Shown here piece after piece: positions 57,402 to 64,000 of a stretch of 64,000 nt of DNA. The notes beneath the pieces are model-generated. The model ran no database searches, was not told where the DNA came from, and saw only the letters and a program-made list of their open reading frames with translations. The DNA is taken from the NCBI GenBank assembly GCA_023474425.1, contig JAMCXX010000003.1, positions 21,712 to 85,711 on the forward strand. The letters run 5' to 3'. This DNA is from Patescibacteria group bacterium (GTDB lineage: Bacteria > Patescibacteriota > WWE3 > JAMCXX01). The translations under genes were made by a program, and so were the position numbers. Numbering within the stretch: the stretch's first letter is position 1; each line of letters starts with the position of its first letter.

Positions 57402-58355
57402 TCAGCTAGCTTTGCTGCAAATGCCCCACTCGGTCAGGCCGAACCAGGATGTCAGGTCCGGCGTCGATCGGTACATTCTGGTGGCGTAGCAAACAGGCAG
57501 GCCAATGATTCTTGCCGGATTCCAGAAGTCGTACTTGCTGTAGTACTCCCCGGGAAGCGAAGGATTCAATTCTGCCATTCGAAAGATCCCGGCACGAAAA
57601 TTGTAAATATTTCCATATCCGTCGTTCCAGCTCCAAACTTTTGTGTCCCAGACGGAAGTCGTAATCCCGTTGGATGCCGTCTGCGACGAGCTTCTGGTTA
57701 GAAAGACGTCCGCAACCTTTAATGTTGCCGAAGTCGGCGGCTTTGCGGTCGTATTCGGCAATGTTCGGTCTGTGTACTGGACTCCGGCCGGAACCAATTC
57801 CCCTACCGCAACCTGGTAAGTTCGGGTGCAGGTTTGGTCAGATCTCTGGTAAATCCACACCAAGGCGCGCACGACACGATTATCAACGATATTGAAAATA
57901 TGGACGCCCTGCGTCTGCAGTTTTTGGTCAAACGCTTGGCTTGCCCGCCAGGTTTCTGGGCTGTTGACGAAGTCCGGCGGTTCCGGCGGCGTATCGGTTT
58001 GGACAGTCCAGGTTTGCAAATCTTGCGGTATGCCTAAACCGTCCCAGTTCCAACCGGAAATTTGATTCCCTTCAACCAGCGCGCCGAAGGGAAAGACATT
58101 AACTTTCCCGTTTGAGTTCCAGCAGCTCTCTTTTTCGGGGTAAGCCCATCCCCAGGCGTTGACCACCTGCCGCGGCTGTCCCGGGATGTCAAAGGTCAGA
58201 GTGGGCGTCAAATCCGTTTCCACGGTTAGAATTTTGACCATTGAGGGGTCAATAATTCTCACGGTTACGCCCGATTGCTTTGTGGCGGCTTGGGTCGCCT
58301 CGGTCGCCGCTATTAACACAAACAATATGAGCGCCAAAACTTTGAGTGCTTTCAT
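57402..58355 (-). CDS. Orphan secreted protein (Trp-rich)
   Basis: Signal peptide MKALKVLALILFVLIAA; SD AAAGGAGG; hairpin at about 57362-57396. Confidence 0.75.
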   Translation of the reverse strand: MKALKVLALILFVLIAATEATQAATKQSGVTVRIIDPSMVKILTVETDLTPTLTFDIPGQPRQVVNAWGWAYPEKESCWNSNGKVNVFPFGALVEGNQISGWNWDGLGIPQDLQTWTVQTDTPPEPPDFVNSPETWRASQAFDQKLQTQGVHIFNIVDNRVVRALVWIYQRSDQTCTRTYQVAVGELVPAGVQYTDRTLPNTTAKPPTSATLKVADVFLTRSSSQTASNGITTSVWDTKVWSWNDGYGNIYNFRAGIFRMAELNPSLPGEYYSKYDFWNPARIIGLPVCYATRMYRSTPDLTSWFGLTEWGICSKAS

Positions 58356-58538
58356 CTTTCCTCCTTTTATTAGACGAACTCTTTCTTCTTGATAAGAGCT
58401 AACCACAAAACGTTGTGAACCGCAAGTCGCTATAAGATACATATTAGAAACATATTGTTTGTTTCGTCCTTCTTTCTAAGTCGAATGGAGTTGACGGTAA
58501 CAATTAGGTTTGCTAGCCTTTAGGTGTTAGTAAGTTTT

Positions 58539-59027
58539 ATGACTGCCTATTTTCAGCCTAATATACCCGTACGTCCCAATTTAACTTTCCTAAAGGATCT
58601 CCTGTTAACTTTGCTTTTAATAGTTTCCGCCTTTGTTTTGGGTTTCGCCGTTGACTACAAATATACATTGGTTACCAAGGGGCTTGGTTCGGCCGGAAAT
58701 TTGGTTGGTGGCCCTGTTGTTTCCATCAGCAAAATGGTAGTCGGCAAGGCTATAAAAGTGGAGGGAAAATCCATGACGGTAGAAGCCGGCGGGCAAAAAA
58801 TTAATGTTCAAATGGCTTTAGAAGTTAACATTACGGCCCAGACGTTGCCATCCTCAACGCCCGGTTCCGAAGGAACGCCCAGCGCAGCCGTTGCGCCCAA
58901 GACTTTCCGCGACTTTGGCATTATTCCAGTAGGTAATCAAGTTACCGTTTTTATGGAGATGCAGCCCAACGGGGATTTTGTAGCCAAGTCCGTTTTCCTA
59001 ATACTTCCTAGTGCCAAAGCAAAATAG
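58539..59027 (+). CDS. Membrane-anchored OB-fold-like protein
   Basis: TM, then 'GKAIKVEGKSMTV...IPVGNQVTV...AKSV'. Confidence 0.6.
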   Translation: MTAYFQPNIPVRPNLTFLKDLLLTLLLIVSAFVLGFAVDYKYTLVTKGLGSAGNLVGGPVVSISKMVVGKAIKVEGKSMTVEAGGQKINVQMALEVNITAQTLPSSTPGSEGTPSAAVAPKTFRDFGIIPVGNQVTVFMEMQPNGDFVAKSVFLILPSAKAK

Positions 59028-59040
59028 CTTGGGACAGAGT

Positions 59041-59730
59041 ATGAGAGTTTTTAAGTTAATAATTTCGCTCGCCTTTATCTTTTTGGCGCTCAGTTTAGTT
59101 GGTATTCTTAGTTTTAAATTTCCAGCGACGTTTAACAAGACCGCGGTTAAGAGTTCCGGTGTACAGAACTTTTCCGGACGGGTTTTAAGAATTTCGCCGA
59201 GCGAAGAAAATTATATTCTGGATCTTATGGATTTGGAGGCTACATCGGCGGCCAGCAGAATTACCAAGTCTTTTAGCGTCAAAAAGGAAAGTTCCGGTAC
59301 CGCAGTATCGCAGGCGACCGACTCCGCCTCAAAAGATAGTTTTACAACTTCGTTTGGGAATGTCCGTATTGGAGATATACTCAAAGTCACTTATTCCGGC
59401 GAGGCCTCCCCTTATAAAATTTTATCCCTAGAAAATACATCGGCAAAAGAAGATATTCCGCCGCAGCCGGCTTTCTTGCACGGTATTGTGAGTTCTATTT
59501 CCGGAACCACCATGACTATGTACTCTACCGAAAGTGGGACTTACACTTTAAGGGTTGACGGCACTGTTTTAATGGGGCCAATGTACGAAAAAGTAGGAGG
59601 GGTTGAACGGCCCGGCAAACTTAAACCGGTTAAGGATTTTTCCAGTCTTAAAGTTTGGCAGGAGATTTCGGTTTTTTACAGCCGGAATGACGGGGAGGTC
59701 ATAATTCCGGACAGCGTTCTGACTTTCTAA
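59041..59730 (+). CDS. Membrane-anchored protein with two OB-fold-like repeats
   Basis: TM; 'FGNVRIGDILKV' and 'FSSLKVWQEISV'. Confidence 0.6.
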   Translation: MRVFKLIISLAFIFLALSLVGILSFKFPATFNKTAVKSSGVQNFSGRVLRISPSEENYILDLMDLEATSAASRITKSFSVKKESSGTAVSQATDSASKDSFTTSFGNVRIGDILKVTYSGEASPYKILSLENTSAKEDIPPQPAFLHGIVSSISGTTMTMYSTESGTYTLRVDGTVLMGPMYEKVGGVERPGKLKPVKDFSSLKVWQEISVFYSRNDGEVIIPDSVLTF

Positions 59731-59737
59731 TGAATCT

Positions 59738-62700
59738 ATGATGATTTATAAAAGGTTCCTAACTAAAATATTTTTAAGGGTGGGTTTGGTTGTTCTGTTT
59801 TTATTATTGGTTAGATCATCCGGCGGTTCTGAAACTCCGGTCTTTGCCGCTTCTGCCGGGGGTATCACTAATCTTCAAAGTGCTTGGGGCTTATGTGACG
59901 GTGGTGGGGCTTACAGTCTTGGTCGCTGTAAGCAAGGCAGCATTAATTACACTATGTATGCTTATGCCTGTGGGGCGGACAACGGAAACGACCCCACCCA
60001 TTGTAATGACAACTGGCAGTTTAATGGCACCCCGACCTGGAACGCCATGCTAAGCAACGGTTACTATGAAATCGGCAAGTATGTCTGGCCGCTGCAGACT
60101 TCCGGAGTTACCCAGAATGATTGGGTTTGTAAAGTTCAGATTGATGTTTTTAATGGTGGTCAGCTGCTTGATTATGTAACTTGGCGGGACCCAGAAAGGT
60201 GTGGTTCTCCCCCGCCGCCCCAAGCCCCCTTTTATACCGCGGTATCCCCGGTTGGCTACGCTTCAGTGTCAAGCTTGTACCCAACATTTACTTGGCAAAC
60301 AAATGCGGACACCTCGGGTATTTCCTACAACAACATCTGTCTTTATGACTACGGTACTTATTCAAGCGGTCCCTGTGTCTTTGGCCCGTCAACTTCGGCC
60401 CGGTCGTTTACCTCTACCGTCGCTATGCCTGCCAGCAATACCATGGCGTGGTTAATTTATGGATGTAAGCCGGGTTGTGCCGGTGGTGGTTACGGTACTG
60501 GTTGGAATTGGTTTGTAACTCCGGCTGTTCCTGGCACCCTCTCTATTTCCACCACTCCTGTTTCCGGAGGAATCTATGTTGACGGGTCGTATGTAGCCAG
60601 CGGCAGTTGGAGCGGCAGCTACTATACCAGCAGTCACACGGTGAGCTTCGGGGCGGTGGGGGGCTACAACACCCCCGGAGCACAGTCGGTCACTGTTAAC
60701 AACGGCCAGACAACTTCCGTTACCGGAACTTACACCGTCCAAAATGGAACTTTAACCATTAATACCACTCCTGTTTCCGGGGCCATATATGTCAACGGCG
60801 GTTACTGGGGTACCGGCTCGGCCAGCAGCACTCTGTCTCCAGGAACTTACACGGTAAGCTTCGGGGCGGTAACGAACTACAATACTCCCGCCAACCAAAG
60901 TGCCACCGTCTATGCAAACCAGACAACTTCCGTTACCGGAACTTACACCGCCTCCAGTTATACCGTCAGCACCTCGGCCGGTTCCGGGGGATCAATTAGC
61001 CCCACTTCGAGCACAGTCAGTTCCGGCGCCACAGCAAGTTTTACGGTAACACCCAACACCGGTTATCATATTGTTTCTGTCACGGGTTGCAGCGGCTCTC
61101 TTTCCGGCAATACCTACACCACCGCAGCCATCTACTCTAACTGTACGGTAGCGGCCACCTTCGCCATTAACACCTATACCATTACCGCCTCGTCCGGCTC
61201 CGGAGGAACAATCAGTCCTTCCGGAACGGTTAGTGTTAATTATGGCGGCAGTCGAACCTTTACCATTACACCCAGCTCAGGATATCACATTAGCAATGTG
61301 GTAGTTGATGGGTCTTCCGCAGGCGCTGTGGGCAGTTATACTTTCTCCAGTGTCACCGCCAGCCACACCATTAGCGCCGCCTTCTTTCTCTATGTGGGCA
61401 CCCTCAACGGTTCGGTTTTTAACGATACCAACGGCAACGGAATCCAGGACGGAGGGGAGTCGGGACTGGCCGGAGTTCCGGTTTACGCTACGGCTAACGG
61501 ATCCAGCTATATTGGCCCGCAAAATACAAATGCCGGCGGCAACGTTAGTTTTAGTAATCTTGACCCGGGGAACTACCGGCTTGAGATAGACCTCTCCTCT
61601 TTCGTTCTTAAGGTTGGCAGTCAGTGGAGCTTGAATAGTTCCGCCTACGGTTATGTTTTAAGCAACGGTCGATATACAACCCAGCAAGGGGCCAACCAGT
61701 TTCCCGTTAACGTAGCTTCGGGCAGTACGATTAATGTTCAACTTGGGACTAAAAACCTGCCCACCAACAGCGTGACGGTTAATATTTACTATGACGCCAA
61801 CGGAGACAGCCAATTGAATAACGGTGAAGGTTTACTTAACGCCTCGGTCAAGCTTACCTGCAGTCCCTCCGGAGTCAACTGCCCCGTCTCCACAACCGTA
61901 TCAAACGGCACAACATCCTACACTCTGCCCCAGGGCACCAACTACACCATTGGTTACGATACCGGCGGCAGCGCTCCCTACAGCACGGTTAACCGGGCAG
62001 ATGTGCGTCCGGCTAGTAATCCCAACCCATTCACCGGCACCGCCTGCGCTGGCCCTTCTTGCTCCGTTAATCTTTCGGGAACGGACATGATTATTGACTT
62101 TCTGGTTACCAACAACTCCGCTCCCTGGATTCAATCTCAAGGCGGCGATGTTTACAGCAACTGTGACACCTCTCACTGCTCGGCCACCAATCCCGGTATT
62201 CTTATTCACGTTAACTCTAATGCCTCTAGCCCCTATTTTATTGCCGGAGGGGGAAATCAAGGCGGCATTGCCCAGGCTTTAACTCCGATTGCCTGTCCCA
62301 CGGGTATGGGAGCCTGTTCCCAAGCCGGTTACCTTTTGCCAAACTATGCCTCGGCTGTTCCCTGGCCGGCCGTAGTTGATAACCTCGCCTCGGGCGGCTG
62401 CAACGCCAACGATTCCGTCTGTTACTTAAGTGGTAGTCTGACCGTTAATAATTCTAACAAGCAGGATTTTCGCAATGGAGTTGGACACCAGTACTTTCAG
62501 AAGGTGGTGGTTGTTAACGGCGATATTACTATTGATGCTTCCCAGGTAGCCAATAACAACAATCCCAACAATCCGGATATTAATGCTTTCTTGGTGGCCC
62601 GCGGTACTTTGACGGTTGGCGGTGCGGCCGGAACCAATGCTCTTTATGTCTCGGGCGGGTTATATGCAAAGAACGGTTTGAGCTTCAACTACTCTCTGAC

Positions 62701-62806
62701 GAATAACCTTCAACCGGCGGTTATTGTGAGCTACAATCCGTATATTCTCACTCAACTCACCTCCGCCTCACAGGCAACCTATACCTGGAGGGAAGTTAGC
62801 CAGTGA
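59738..62806 (+). CDS. Large secreted surface/adhesin-like protein (PEGA-like, InlB-B-like and SdrD-B-like repeats)
   Basis: Signal peptide, Cys-rich N-terminus, two 71-aa PEGA-like repeats, 'GGSISP..TPNTGY' repeats, 'VFNDTNGNGIQDGGESGL', C-terminal 'PWIQSQGGDVYS...TWREV'. Confidence 0.8.
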   Translation: MMIYKRFLTKIFLRVGLVVLFLLLVRSSGGSETPVFAASAGGITNLQSAWGLCDGGGAYSLGRCKQGSINYTMYAYACGADNGNDPTHCNDNWQFNGTPTWNAMLSNGYYEIGKYVWPLQTSGVTQNDWVCKVQIDVFNGGQLLDYVTWRDPERCGSPPPPQAPFYTAVSPVGYASVSSLYPTFTWQTNADTSGISYNNICLYDYGTYSSGPCVFGPSTSARSFTSTVAMPASNTMAWLIYGCKPGCAGGGYGTGWNWFVTPAVPGTLSISTTPVSGGIYVDGSYVASGSWSGSYYTSSHTVSFGAVGGYNTPGAQSVTVNNGQTTSVTGTYTVQNGTLTINTTPVSGAIYVNGGYWGTGSASSTLSPGTYTVSFGAVTNYNTPANQSATVYANQTTSVTGTYTASSYTVSTSAGSGGSISPTSSTVSSGATASFTVTPNTGYHIVSVTGCSGSLSGNTYTTAAIYSNCTVAATFAINTYTITASSGSGGTISPSGTVSVNYGGSRTFTITPSSGYHISNVVVDGSSAGAVGSYTFSSVTASHTISAAFFLYVGTLNGSVFNDTNGNGIQDGGESGLAGVPVYATANGSSYIGPQNTNAGGNVSFSNLDPGNYRLEIDLSSFVLKVGSQWSLNSSAYGYVLSNGRYTTQQGANQFPVNVASGSTINVQLGTKNLPTNSVTVNIYYDANGDSQLNNGEGLLNASVKLTCSPSGVNCPVSTTVSNGTTSYTLPQGTNYTIGYDTGGSAPYSTVNRADVRPASNPNPFTGTACAGPSCSVNLSGTDMIIDFLVTNNSAPWIQSQGGDVYSNCDTSHCSATNPGILIHVNSNASSPYFIAGGGNQGGIAQALTPIACPTGMGACSQAGYLLPNYASAVPWPAVVDNLASGGCNANDSVCYLSGSLTVNNSNKQDFRNGVGHQYFQKVVVVNGDITIDASQVANNNNPNNPDINAFLVARGTLTVGGAAGTNALYVSGGLYAKNGLSFNYSLTNNLQPAVIVSYNPYILTQLTSASQATYTWREVSQ

Positions 62807-62822
62807 TTGTTGGAAGTAATAT

Positions 62823-63197
62823 TTATTTTTGTTTGGGTAGATATTTCTTAACTTCGTCACCAATAGTTTCCGGAGTTACGCGTGATTTAATAACATAACC
62901 CACCGCTCCCAAAGAGGTTGCTTCTTCGATTATTTTTTCATCTCTCATATTTGAGAGGACAACTATCGGGTTCTTAAACTTTCCACCCTTGATTTTCAAT
63001 TGCTTGAGAACTTCAATACCGGAGTATTCGGGAATTACAAGGTCAAGAATCATTAGATCGGGATTTTCGGAAGATATTTTGCTCAACGCCTCAAGGCCGT
63101 CATAGGCCTGAACGACTTCGTAGCCTAACTTCTCCAGTTCCGATTTGTAAAGGTCGCAGAGAAACTGATCGTCTTCAACGACTAGAATTTTTTCCAC
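62823..63197 (-). CDS. Single-domain response regulator (receiver)
   Basis: KILVVEDD, ILDLVIP..SG, LS, YVIK. Confidence 0.92.
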   Translation of the reverse strand: MEKILVVEDDQFLCDLYKSELEKLGYEVVQAYDGLEALSKISSENPDLMILDLVIPEYSGIEVLKQLKIKGGKFKNPIVVLSNMRDEKIIEEATSLGAVGYVIKSRVTPETIGDEVKKYLPKQK

Positions 63198-63318
63198 CTA
63201 TTTATTTTGGTATCTTTACGGTTCGTTGTCAATAAAGTCAATATAAGTTAGCAGGACATTGACAGTTCCTATGGCTTTTGACAAACTAATAATACATTGG
63301 CGATTTAGTTTTCTGTCC

Positions 63319-64000
63319 ATGAATTTTTTTGGTTTGGATATAGGCAATTCCTCGCTGAAATTGGTCGAAGTAAAGATAGACCGTTCTAAGGGCAAGGTTT
63401 TAAGTCTTTACGGGAGCAGTTCTCTTTCGCATCCGGTAAATTTAGCCGTCGACGGCCCAGAAGACTTAAAGGAGCTTTCCTCGGTTATCCGTGAGTTTGT
63501 AGACTCTTACTCTCTTTCTTCTAATAAAGTGGTGGTCGCCTTGCCGGAATCGCAAATTTTTACCCGCGTTGTTTCTTTGCCGAAAATGCCGGAAAAGGAA
63601 CTCGCCAAAGCCATGCAATACGAAGCCCAACAATATATTCCCGTTTCCCTTTCCGAAGTTTCACTTGATTATCAAATGATTAGCGACTCGCCGACCTCCG
63701 CTGAACAGATGGAGATTTTAGTTATTGCCGCGCCTAAGACGCTTGTTTCCAAATATCTTAAGGTCTTAAAAGACTCCTCTTTAGAGGTGGCAGCTCTAGA
63801 AACAGAGACTATGGCTGTGGCCCGTTCTCTTATTGCCGACGCCAAAACTCCCTGTTCGCTTGTGGTTAACATCGGTGCCCTGACCACGGACCTCTCGGTT
63901 GTTTCTGGAGCCACCATTCGTTTTACCCGCAGTATTTCCACCGGCGGCACTTCCCTGGCCCGGGCTATTTCCCAGTCTCTCGGTTTTGACCTTAACCAGG
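63319..64000 (+). CDS. pilM: Type IV pilus assembly protein PilM (partial, runs off the window)
   Basis: Hand translation MNFFGLDIGNSSLKLVE...VALPESQIFTR...EAQQYIP...ETETMAVAR...VNIGALTT; absent from the ORF track because no stop codon lies in the window. Confidence 0.9.
   Translation, partial: MNFFGLDIGNSSLKLVEVKIDRSKGKVLSLYGSSSLSHPVNLAVDGPEDLKELSSVIREFVDSYSLSSNKVVVALPESQIFTRVVSLPKMPEKELAKAMQYEAQQYIPVSLSEVSLDYQMISDSPTSAEQMEILVIAAPKTLVSKYLKVLKDSSLEVAALETETMAVARSLIADAKTPCSLVVNIGALTTDLSVVSGATIRFTRSISTGGTSLARAISQSLGFDLNQ

Overview
This 64-kb window looks like chromosome from a reduced-genome bacterium, most consistent with Patescibacteria/CPR (Microgenomates- or WWE3-like). That placement is an inference from a short RF1 beside rpmE, an EF-P with an MGRG tip, a VirD4-like ATPase, a single Xer recombinase and mostly SD-less housekeeping genes. 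Housekeeping genes include prfA, rpmE, hisS, dnaB, efp, lspA, uppS, gyrA, gyrB, hppA, a holB-like gene, tRNA-Leu(CAA) and tRNA-Arg(CCG). A large type IV pilus locus (pilB, pilT, pilC, pilD, ten pilin-like genes, a large surface protein, pilM running off the end) occupies about 43.8-64 kb. Several orphan secreted or membrane genes carry their own promoters, strong SD sites and 3' hairpins. The most unusual signals are: (1) a dispersed family of 7-nt tandem arrays, often as inverted pairs, that bracket a four-helix-bundle gene, form pilin leader peptides and sit in-frame in gyrB and prfA; (2) a leader-peptide attenuator in front of a Cys-rich peptide and an ATP-grasp-like enzyme; (3) a circularly permuted DsbA; (4) twin 36-bp palindromes closing consecutive orphan units; (5) a symmetric dif-like site overlapping the xer promoter; (6) tRNA-Arg nested between two tRNA half-remnants. 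All calls come from reading the sequence by eye; no database searches were run.
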